Source: Nitrospinaceae bacterium | GTDB taxonomy: Bacteria > Nitrospinota > Nitrospinia > Nitrospinales > VA-1 | NCBI GenBank assembly: GCA_046754465.1 | Contig: JBHHVU010000011.1 | Coordinates: forward strand, 1-64,000 | DNA: 64,000 nt | Direction of reading: 5' to 3' | Shown: positions 51,341 through 59,452 of the stretch, piece after piece | How positions within the stretch are numbered: position 1 is the first letter of the stretch | Layout of the letters: every line of letters starts with the position of its first letter | Translations under genes and position numbers: made by a program | Notes under the pieces: model-generated | What the model saw: only the letters and a program-made list of their open reading frames with translations | The model's database searches: none | What the model was told of the DNA's origin: nothing

Positions 51341-52117
51341 GTGAAAGAAAATCACCTTCAATTTTCCTTGGCATTCCTATTATTTTCCCTGATCCCATTT
51401 TTTCCCGGTCCTGCTTTGGCCGTAACTGTTTCCGGCCCGCATTTTTCCTATTCCGTGGAAATTCTTCCTTTTGACGCCAAGGAAAAGGGGAAATATCATT
51501 TAAATATCATTCAACCCTATTCCTTCGCCCTTGCAACCATCCAGAGATGCATGACATCCCTGGCTTACCAGAAAAAGATGGTCGCCTGGTCCAAAAAAAA
51601 ACGGGTATTCAGTAATGCCGTGATCCTGCGGATGGCTCCGTTAATCGCCAAGTCGTTCACCCGGGCCGGACCCAATCAACGCGTGGTGTTCAAAATCATC
51701 AAATCCACCGGGAGAACCCTGCTCATGGGAGATACCTTTTTGTCTTCGGAGGGCATGCATTGGCGCATCACCAATGTCAAACACAGCCAGAGACGGGTCG
51801 ATGATTTTAGTATCATGGGCGACTCGTGGAGGCTTGTTCCCCGGAAGGGACAAAAATATAAAACCAAACAGCCTTATAAACATGTGGTCCAGAACGTCAC
51901 CAACTGGATCATTTTCCCCCGTATCCGTCCCGTCGCCTCCAAGGTTCTCGAACCGCCGCCCCCCGTGGCCGCCGCCAAGGAAGAAAAAAAGATTCCCGTC
52001 ACCAGCGAATCCGGCATCAAAGAAAGGCTAAAAATTCTGGAAGACCTGAAACAGGAGGGGTTGATCAACGAGGAGGAATACCAGACCAAGCGGCGGAAAA
52101 TTTTGCGGGATTTATGA
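51341..52117 (+). CDS. Exported protein with C-terminal SHOCT domain
   Basis: Signal peptide ending PALA; C-terminal IKERLKILEDLKQEGLINEEEYQTKRRKILRDL. Confidence 0.8.
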   Translation: MKENHLQFSLAFLLFSLIPFFPGPALAVTVSGPHFSYSVEILPFDAKEKGKYHLNIIQPYSFALATIQRCMTSLAYQKKMVAWSKKKRVFSNAVILRMAPLIAKSFTRAGPNQRVVFKIIKSTGRTLLMGDTFLSSEGMHWRITNVKHSQRRVDDFSIMGDSWRLVPRKGQKYKTKQPYKHVVQNVTNWIIFPRIRPVASKVLEPPPPVAAAKEEKKIPVTSESGIKERLKILEDLKQEGLINEEEYQTKRRKILRDL

Positions 52118-52121
52118 AATC

Positions 52122-52146
52122 CATCCCCCCCGGAACGGGGGGGATG
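52122..52146. terminator. Perfect hairpin between convergent genes (likely bidirectional terminator)
   Basis: CATCCCCCCCG-GAA-CGGGGGGGATG, an 11-bp perfect stem between stops at 52117 and 52161. Confidence 0.7.
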
Positions 52147-52160
52147 TCTGGAGGGTTTGC

Positions 52161-53423
52161 TTAAAACATGGTTCGGATGACGACCGTATATTCGTTCTTT
52201 ACCGGATCATTTCCCCGAACGTCGAACCGCATGGCAAATCCCATCTTGAAATTGTCCCTCAGATAGTACCAGATGGAAGGGGAGACTTTTGTCAAATCGA
52301 GGCTGGCAACATCATCGGAATTGATTTCGTCGTATTGAAGCACGTAATACCAATCGTCCCGTTTATAGGCGCCGGCCAGCGTATAACCATGGAATTCCGC
52401 CTTGGTGGGCCCGGGAAGGGTGGCGATCTTAAAATTATCGTCCCGCCCGAACTGATACACCCCCATCAGCTCTAGATTTGTTTTGAATCGAATATTGGCG
52501 GCAATGGTGTGGCGGAAGAAATCATTTTGTTGTTGCAACGCGGGGGTCCCGGCGGTTCCCAACCCGCCACTCGTATCCTGCCCTTGATAATACATATAGG
52601 AAATGCTGCTTCCTACGAACGGGCTTTTCACCGTATTCGGAACTTCCAGCCGTAGCCCGCCCCATAGATTCTTGTCATTATCCGTATCGGTGGCGTCCTT
52701 TCCGTTATCCACGCCCCCAAACCAGACAAAGGGCCCCTTATAGCCATAGTATAAAATTCCCGGCCTGGAAGAACGGACGTTGGTCGAGTTTTCACCCCCT
52801 CCACCGGAAGATTTGACATTGAGGATATCCGATTTCTGCCAGATCCGTTTTCCATCGGAATAAGAAGAAAATTCCGACGGATTGATCAACCCCACCTGAA
52901 AATTCACAAACGTGTCATAAAGGTTGGTAAAGATCACATGCGCAAACTCGGTTTCAAACTCATCGGTTTTGAACTCCGCTTCCACGAATATGGAAACATT
53001 TTTAAATAGCGATCCCGCCAGAAACAGGGCAAAAAAGTCCGCGTTACCAACATCAAAAGTATCTTCCAAAATCGAGTTTCTGGTTCGAGCGTTCGTTTTG
53101 TATTCCAGCGGAGTCAAACCGACCCTGGCTCCAAACCAATTCCCAACCTGGTCGATCACCAGGTTTTCCGAAATTTCCTCCTTACCGACCGTGTCCCCAT
53201 CCGGTGGTTCTCCCGGCCATTGGAATCCATTCCGAAAGAATAGTTCCCCAAAATAATTCAGCCTGGGAAACGCAGTGTGACAGGTGGTGCAGTCCACTTT
53301 GTATTTTCTGGCAAACTGAGAAAGACCTTCCGCCTTCTGGACAGGCAGCCCCCAGGCAATCACAAGGAGTAAAAGAAACCCCGTGGGAAAACTCGCCAAA
53401 ACACCTTTTCGCCAAATTCTCAT
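52161..53423 (-). CDS. Cyc2/Cyt572-like monoheme cytochrome c-porin fusion
   Basis: Signal peptide (..AEG), then LSQFARKYKVDCTTCHTAFPRLNYFGELFFRNGF, followed by amphipathic beta strands and a C-terminal Phe (EYTVVIRTMF). ATG 53423 with GGAGGG RBS. Confidence 0.8.
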   Translation of the reverse strand: MRIWRKGVLASFPTGFLLLLVIAWGLPVQKAEGLSQFARKYKVDCTTCHTAFPRLNYFGELFFRNGFQWPGEPPDGDTVGKEEISENLVIDQVGNWFGARVGLTPLEYKTNARTRNSILEDTFDVGNADFFALFLAGSLFKNVSIFVEAEFKTDEFETEFAHVIFTNLYDTFVNFQVGLINPSEFSSYSDGKRIWQKSDILNVKSSGGGGENSTNVRSSRPGILYYGYKGPFVWFGGVDNGKDATDTDNDKNLWGGLRLEVPNTVKSPFVGSSISYMYYQGQDTSGGLGTAGTPALQQQNDFFRHTIAANIRFKTNLELMGVYQFGRDDNFKIATLPGPTKAEFHGYTLAGAYKRDDWYYVLQYDEINSDDVASLDLTKVSPSIWYYLRDNFKMGFAMRFDVRGNDPVKNEYTVVIRTMF

Positions 53424-53639
53424 TGTTCTCCCTCCCAAACAATTGTCCGGCATTAGAAAACTGTAAATTGTATGATCGCCTTTAGGGTTGAATATTCCCG
53501 TAAGTAACAAAATAAATTAATTAAATCAACTGGAATCGTCCCAGCCAGGCGAAAAGATCCAATTCATATTCCGGAATATATGGATGAGAATTCATATCAT
53601 GAATATAGAGGGAAACAACAACCAAACGGGAGAATAAGA

Positions 53640-53945
53640 ATGGCCACATTTATAATCATGGGGAAATTCACCCCACAGGGAATCCGGAACGTGAAAGAAA
53701 CCACCACCCGCTCTCATCGATTTCGTGAAATCGCGGAGGGTTACGGGGTTAAGGTGCATGAAATCTTCTGGCTGATGGGAGATTTTGATGTCATCAATAT
53801 CGTAGAGGCGGAGGATGAAAAGTCGGTTTCGGCCCTGCTTCTCGAGCTGGGCGCGTGGGGAAACGTTTCTACCACAACCTACAGGGCATATACGAAAGAG
53901 GAAATGGATGCTATAATCGCCAAAATGGATGGTGTGAAAAAATAA
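53640..53945 (+). CDS. GYD domain protein
   Basis: MATFIIMGKFTPQGIRNVK...FWLMGDFDVINIVEA...GNVSTTTYRA matches the GYD family pattern. Confidence 0.85.
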   Translation: MATFIIMGKFTPQGIRNVKETTTRSHRFREIAEGYGVKVHEIFWLMGDFDVINIVEAEDEKSVSALLLELGAWGNVSTTTYRAYTKEEMDAIIAKMDGVKK

Positions 53946-53987
53946 ATCGATGGTGCGGCTGAACCATCCTATCCGAGTCGCTGACCA

Positions 53988-55181
53988 GTGAATACCCACA
54001 AATACCTCCTTCGATTATTTTTGATCATCCTTTCTGGGGGCGTTTTATTTCTTTCCCACCATGCGGCCTCGGGGGAAGAAAATCCGCCAACGAAAAAAAT
54101 TCCCGATGTTCAATTGAATCCTCTGGGGATGTCCCCCAGCGCGGAATGCGGGAAATGTCATAAGGATATTTATAAAAGTTGGGAAAACTCACTCCACGCC
54201 CGCGCGACGAATAATCCGGTATTCTGGGCCGCCTTCCTGCAGGCCCACTTCAAAAATGTGGAAGTGGCCAATAATTCCTGTCTCCGCTGCCACGCTCCGG
54301 CCGCAAAATTTCTTTACGATTTCAAATTGGAAAAACCCCTCACCCGGGAAGGCATCAATTGCGATTTTTGCCATTCCATTTCCAGCCTGGAACCGGCGGG
54401 TTCGCCCTCGCCGTACCGGCATGAATTCGACCTGGTCAAACAGGGCCCCCTGAAAAACGTCGAATCCCCCGTACACCGCACCCGGTACAACCCCTTGTTC
54501 AAACAATCCCGCTTTTGCGCCGGATGCCATGAACTCACCACCCCTGGTGGAACCCCCTTGATTGAAACCTTCTCCGAATGGCAGCAGGGTCCTTACCCGG
54601 CCAAGGGCATCCATTGCCAGAATTGTCACATGAGAAAAATACCCGGAAAAATTGTCGGAGAGGGAATCAAACAAACACCGGAGACTGAAATCAGCTCTCA
54701 CGATATCGCCGGCGGCCACTCCCTTTCGATGAGGGGGGCATCATTAAAGCTGGAAATCAAGGATATCCGGATCAACAAACAGAAAATGGAGGTCGTCCTC
54801 GATTTGACCAACGTGGGCGCGGGACACAAAATTCCCACGGGACTGCCTTCCAAAAAACTGATGCTCCGCGTGGGGGTGCAAACCACCGATGGGGAAACCA
54901 TCCGTGTTAAAGAAAAGATTTATCATAAGCACATTGTGGACTCCAGGGGCAACCTCATCGACAACGATGCCGACCTCATGCTGGGAAGGGATTTAAAAAT
55001 GATTTTCGACAATCGGATCGGGCCCATGGAAAGACGGCGAGAACATTTCACGTTTTTCGTTCCCCATCCCCAGGACAAACGTGTGTTCGCCAGGGTTTTC
55101 TACATCCACAACCCGCAAATCATTCAGCCCATGCCCATCCAGATCAAGATGCAGGAAGTCACGGCATCGCCAGGACAGTGA
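53988..55181 (+). CDS. Periplasmic pentaheme cytochrome c (cytochrome c554-like N-terminal domain)
   Basis: Signal peptide; CGKCH, CLRCH, CDFCH, CAGCH, CQNCH; C-terminal beta domain with NVGAGHKIPTG. Confidence 0.88.
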   Translation: MNTHKYLLRLFLIILSGGVLFLSHHAASGEENPPTKKIPDVQLNPLGMSPSAECGKCHKDIYKSWENSLHARATNNPVFWAAFLQAHFKNVEVANNSCLRCHAPAAKFLYDFKLEKPLTREGINCDFCHSISSLEPAGSPSPYRHEFDLVKQGPLKNVESPVHRTRYNPLFKQSRFCAGCHELTTPGGTPLIETFSEWQQGPYPAKGIHCQNCHMRKIPGKIVGEGIKQTPETEISSHDIAGGHSLSMRGASLKLEIKDIRINKQKMEVVLDLTNVGAGHKIPTGLPSKKLMLRVGVQTTDGETIRVKEKIYHKHIVDSRGNLIDNDADLMLGRDLKMIFDNRIGPMERRREHFTFFVPHPQDKRVFARVFYIHNPQIIQPMPIQIKMQEVTASPGQ

Positions 55182-55182
55182 T

Positions 55183-55629
55183 ATGACGGACTCCACCCCC
55201 ACAAGCCCCGCCACGGTTTCGGCCAATCGCAGAACCTTTATCAAATGGTCGATATACGGACTGTTAGCGGCATTTTTTGCGGGAGCCGTCAATGTGGTGG
55301 TCCGTTACCTCATACCCCCCCCCCCGAAGAAGAAAACCGGGAAGCTTTCCATCCCCGTCTCACAAATCCCGCTGGGAGGAGCCCAGTTCGTGGACTACCG
55401 GGGTTCCCCGGCGGTCATCATCCACACGGAGAAGGGATACGTCGCCTTTTCCGCGGTTTGCACCCATCTGGGCTGCATCGTCAAATGGATGCGCAATGAA
55501 AAAATATTTTACTGCCCCTGCCACGGAGGAAAATTTGACAACACAGGAAAAGTCCTGGCCGGGCCGCCACCGGAACCTCTACACAAGATCAACATTGAAG
55601 TTCGCGACGATTCGATCAACTTTGTTTGA
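55183..55629 (+). CDS. Rieske 2Fe-2S subunit of a Rieske/cytochrome b complex
   Basis: Tat-like NRRTFIK plus TM, CTHLGC and CPCHGG boxes, GPPPEPL. Confidence 0.93.
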   Translation: MTDSTPTSPATVSANRRTFIKWSIYGLLAAFFAGAVNVVVRYLIPPPPKKKTGKLSIPVSQIPLGGAQFVDYRGSPAVIIHTEKGYVAFSAVCTHLGCIVKWMRNEKIFYCPCHGGKFDNTGKVLAGPPPEPLHKINIEVRDDSINFV

Positions 55630-55635
55630 GGGACC

Positions 55636-56331
55636 ATGAAAAAACTTTTCAAAAAATGGATCGCGGCGGTTTGGGACTGGGTGGATTATCGAACCGGCAT
55701 CAAGGATTTGATCCGCGAGCAACTGACGGAATACCGGGTTCCCCCCCGGTTGAACAAATGGTATTCCCTGGGAGGCCTGGCCCTTTTTGTCTTTGGAATA
55801 CAATTGGTCACGGGGGTATTGCTGCTCGTCTATTATGTGCCGTCCACCGAAGAGGCGTTTGACAGTGTCCAGCGCATCATGCTTGAAATTCCCTATGGCT
55901 GGCTCATGCGCACCTCCCATGCCGCTGGAGCCCATTTGATGGTCATGGTGGTCTTCCTGCACATGGTGAGCGTCATATTCATTGGGTCCTATAAAAAGCC
56001 GAGGGAGCTCACCTGGCTGACTGGCTGCGGCCTGGTTTTCATGACGCTGGGAATCTGCTTCACCGGTTACCTGCTGCCCTGGAGCCAGCTCTCCTACTGG
56101 GCAACGACGGTGGCGACCAATATTCCCGCGCCCATTCCCGTTATCGGACCCATGATTGTCCGGTTGATTCGCGGCGGGGATCAGATCAATCCCGACACCC
56201 TGAACCGTTTTTTTGCCCTGCACGTCGTCGTCATTCCCGCGGTCATGTTGGCCCTGGTGGGAATTCATCTGTACCTGATCCGCGTGCTGGGAATTTCGGA
56301 CCCGCATCAGGCGGATGAGGAAACTGAGTAA
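55636..56331 (+). CDS. Cytochrome b, N-terminal (b6-like) subunit
   Basis: YSLGG..QLVTG, RTSH...FLHM, PRELTWLTG, TGYLLPWSQLSYWA, RFFALH...IH heme-b ligands. Confidence 0.95.
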   Translation: MKKLFKKWIAAVWDWVDYRTGIKDLIREQLTEYRVPPRLNKWYSLGGLALFVFGIQLVTGVLLLVYYVPSTEEAFDSVQRIMLEIPYGWLMRTSHAAGAHLMVMVVFLHMVSVIFIGSYKKPRELTWLTGCGLVFMTLGICFTGYLLPWSQLSYWATTVATNIPAPIPVIGPMIVRLIRGGDQINPDTLNRFFALHVVVIPAVMLALVGIHLYLIRVLGISDPHQADEETE

Positions 56332-56333
56332 TC

Positions 56334-56741
56334 ATGTACAAAAAACCAAAATACTTGAAGGGAACCCGGTTTTTCCCAAGCTTTATCATGGAAGACGTTC
56401 TGGTCATCTTCATCTTCCTGGCGATTTTCTTCACAGGGGTCTTCTTCTTTCCGGAATGGATCATTTCCGGGGAGTCGGAAATGCCGGCGGACCCCTTCAA
56501 TACGCCGGAGCACATCAAACCCGAATGGTATTTTCTGGCGTCCTATCAGTTTTTGAAAATCATTCCATCGGAATTCGCTGCGCTTATTTTAATGACCCTG
56601 GGAATCATGGGATTTATTTTCTTACCCTTCCTGGACCGGTCGGAGGAAAAAAGAATCCAAAAGCGGCCTCTTTTTTTATTACTGGTAATCACTTTCATCA
56701 TTTTCTTCGTGGGGTTGACCCTATGGGGCGCTTTTTCCTGA
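56334..56741 (+). CDS. Cytochrome b C-terminal subunit (subunit IV-like)
   Basis: PADPFNTPEHIKPEWYF (PEWY Qo motif), LPFLDRS, three TM helices. Confidence 0.93.
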   Translation: MYKKPKYLKGTRFFPSFIMEDVLVIFIFLAIFFTGVFFFPEWIISGESEMPADPFNTPEHIKPEWYFLASYQFLKIIPSEFAALILMTLGIMGFIFLPFLDRSEEKRIQKRPLFLLLVITFIIFFVGLTLWGAFS

Positions 56742-57589
56742 GAGGGACCATCGTCGGGCAATCCACCGGCCACCGATTTTATGCCTGGCGGCGGAAAGCC
56801 TTGTGGGTTGTGGTCTTGACCTTGTTCCCGCCCGCACCGGCGCAACCGGCGTTTCATCCGGAATCTCCCAACTCCTGTATTGAATGCCATCGCTCCCTTG
56901 AAGATAAGCGTTTGTCCGAGCCGGTGATCCAATGGTCAAAAAGTATCCATAATGAAGTCGGCAACACCTGCGACGGGTGCCATGGGGGCGATCCTCAAGA
57001 CAAATCAACCGGCGCCATGTCTAAAAAAAACGGCTTTTACCCGGCACCGGAAGACGAACAAGTCGCCTCGTTTTGCGGCAAATGCCATGCGGAAATATCA
57101 AAGGATTACCTGGAAAGCACTCATGGAATGATGAGTAACCCCAACTGCGTCACTTGCCATGGGTCTCATTCCATCCGGAGAATCAGCATCAATATTATCA
57201 AGCCGGACAAATGCACCGAGTGCCATGATTATGAAAATCCGGAAAAACTGCTGAAAATCCTGCTATCCCTTCACAAGGAGTTTCACGAGGCGGAAGCTCA
57301 GTTAAAATTGATCCGTGGGGTTCCCATCCACCCCCTGAAAAAAGAACTGGAAAAAACCTGGAAAGACCTCCGCCAGGTCCGGATGGTCAGCCACACGTTC
57401 GACCTACCCACCATCGAAGTGGAAGCGAAAAAGGTTCACATGTCCATGCTGGAAACCAGGAACGAGATTGACCGGTTAACACAATTGACGCAGGCCAGAA
57501 AACGATGGGGATTCCTGGTGGTTTTCTTATTCATGGGGTTGGCCCTCTTGACCTACTGGTACAACAAAAAGCCGGATCCAGGGGAATGA
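56723..57589 (+). CDS. Membrane-anchored pentaheme cytochrome c
   Basis: Signal-like RRKALWVVVLTLF; CIECH, CDGCH, CGKCH, CVTCH, CTECH; coiled coil and C-terminal TM. Start uncertain. Confidence 0.85.
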   Translation: MGRFFLRGTIVGQSTGHRFYAWRRKALWVVVLTLFPPAPAQPAFHPESPNSCIECHRSLEDKRLSEPVIQWSKSIHNEVGNTCDGCHGGDPQDKSTGAMSKKNGFYPAPEDEQVASFCGKCHAEISKDYLESTHGMMSNPNCVTCHGSHSIRRISINIIKPDKCTECHDYENPEKLLKILLSLHKEFHEAEAQLKLIRGVPIHPLKKELEKTWKDLRQVRMVSHTFDLPTIEVEAKKVHMSMLETRNEIDRLTQLTQARKRWGFLVVFLFMGLALLTYWYNKKPDPGE

Positions 57590-57684
57590 TATTCCCGAAA
57601 CACATTGAAATATAGAAATATATCTTAACAAAAGCGTGAAAAATCATATATTTGAATCAGACTACCCCTTGTTATCGAAGAGAA

Positions 57685-57975
57685 ATGATAAAACGAATAC
57701 GCAGATGTAAACTCGCTGTGATTTTGGTATTTGCGTTGGGATTTTTCTCCTTATCCGTCTGTCATGCGGGAGCGCAAACGCAATCCATGGATCCCCAGGG
57801 TTGCACCATGCTGAATCTTTGTGGCGCCTGTCCAATCGCCGATGTGAGCGATTCCCCGGAATTGAAGTATTTCTCCCATCCGTCGCCTACGTTTGCGGAT
57901 ACCCCCCTCCCGTGGCCCGGTCTTGTCAAGGACCGGCTGTACCATCCTCCTCGAAAACACGTATTTTCGTCCTAG
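57685..57975 (+). CDS. Small exported CxxC protein with C-terminal HPP motif (DUF2946/CruR-like leader ORF)
   Basis: MIKRIRRCKLAVILVFALGFFSLSVCHA...LCGACP...DRLYHPPRKHVFSS, directly upstream of cusC. Confidence 0.65.
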   Translation: MIKRIRRCKLAVILVFALGFFSLSVCHAGAQTQSMDPQGCTMLNLCGACPIADVSDSPELKYFSHPSPTFADTPLPWPGLVKDRLYHPPRKHVFSS

Positions 57976-58100
57976 ATAAGCCAAATCATCAGACTAGCCT
58001 ATTTAGGCTAATTTAACAAAAACGCCATGAGTCCGGCGAAAGGTTTAAAGCTTCTGCCGCGGTCCGTGGACTCATCACCGCTTTTTGCGGGGAGAATCTC

Positions 58101-59375
58101 ATGCATAAAATCATATCCCTTATAATAATTGCAGTATTTCTCGGTGGGGCCTCTCCCGTCCAGGAAACGGGGGACAGTCCGTTCCGGAAGAAGATGAACG
58201 AATTCATTTCCATAGCCCTGGAAAATAATCCCCAACTCAAGGAGTCTCAAAACCGGATCAAGCAATTTAAGGAAGTTCCCTCCCAGGCCGGTTCCCTGGA
58301 CGATCCCATTTTGCGGTTTGAATTGAAAAACCTCCCGTCCGACTCCTTTGCATTCGACCAGGACCCCGGCACGCAAAAAAAAATATCCGTGTCACAAAAA
58401 TTCCCTTATCCCGGAAAACTGATGTTGCGCTCCGAAATAGCGGGAAAAAATGTGGCCATCGCCGAGCACAGTTTGGAGGACTTGAAACTGAAAATCATTA
58501 AGGATGTCAAAACATCCTATTTTGAACTGAGTTTCATTCTGGCCTCCATTCAAATCACCCGGAAAAATAAGGACCTGCTGGAACAGTTTGTCACCATCGC
58601 CGAGACCAAATACTCCGTGGGCAAGGGCATTCAACAGGATGTATTGAAAGCCCAGGTGGAGCTGTCCAAAATAATCGATGAATTGATTCGGCTCAACGAA
58701 CTCAAGGAATTGGAACAGGCCCGACTGAACACCCTCATGGATCGGTTACCCCAGGAACCTCTGAGCATTCCGGACGGAATCACCCATACCCCCTTCACCT
58801 ACAATCTGGTGGAATTACAAAAACTATCGGAAGAATTCCGTCCTACCCTGAAGGAAATTCGTTCCCTGAAAGAGCGGTTTCAAGTATCCAAGCGGCTGGC
58901 GGAAAAGGAATACTATCCCGATTTCAACGTAGGTTTCAAATACGGGCAGCGTGAGAACGGACTTGTCCAGGACCGGCCCGACTTCGTTTCCGCCTACGTG
59001 GCCATCAACATCCCCATCTGGTACAAAACCAAGCAAAGACGCAAGGTGGCCGAAGAGTCTTTCAAAATCATGAAGATTCAGGAAGCTTACAATGATGCCC
59101 GAAATCAAATTTTCCTGGGTATCAAGGAATTATTCGAGGAGGAAATCCGGGAGGAACAAACAATCGAACTCATAGGAAAAGCCATTATTCCACAAGCACG
59201 GCAATCCCTGGAATCTGCCGTGGCGGGTTATGGCGTGGACAAGGTGGATTTCCTGACCCTGCTGGACAATCAGATAACCCTGTTCAATTGGGAAATCAAG
59301 TACCAACGGGAGCTGGCATCTTATGAAAAAACACTGGCGAATCTGGAAAGCGTCGTCGGCAAAAGCTTGTTTTAA
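58101..59375 (+). CDS. cusC: TolC-family outer membrane factor of a heavy-metal efflux system
   Basis: ALENNPQL, SQKFPYPGK, ETKYSVGKGIQQDVLKAQVE, YYPDFNVG, GYGVDKVDFLTLLD; first gene before cusB/cusA. Confidence 0.85.
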   Translation: MHKIISLIIIAVFLGGASPVQETGDSPFRKKMNEFISIALENNPQLKESQNRIKQFKEVPSQAGSLDDPILRFELKNLPSDSFAFDQDPGTQKKISVSQKFPYPGKLMLRSEIAGKNVAIAEHSLEDLKLKIIKDVKTSYFELSFILASIQITRKNKDLLEQFVTIAETKYSVGKGIQQDVLKAQVELSKIIDELIRLNELKELEQARLNTLMDRLPQEPLSIPDGITHTPFTYNLVELQKLSEEFRPTLKEIRSLKERFQVSKRLAEKEYYPDFNVGFKYGQRENGLVQDRPDFVSAYVAINIPIWYKTKQRRKVAEESFKIMKIQEAYNDARNQIFLGIKELFEEEIREEQTIELIGKAIIPQARQSLESAVAGYGVDKVDFLTLLDNQITLFNWEIKYQRELASYEKTLANLESVVGKSLF

Positions 59376-59452
59376 GTTTTTACAGGCACTCAAACACCCA
59401 ACCTTTTTTCGGGGGGAAGCGTTCCCGAAAGCCCGAAAAGCATAGGTGCACC

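Noticed and set aside
56315..56722. N-terminal 136 aa of the 424-aa ORF as a fusion to the pentaheme
   Set aside because: It overlaps the subunit IV gene in another frame, and the signal-like segment begins only after about 56790.
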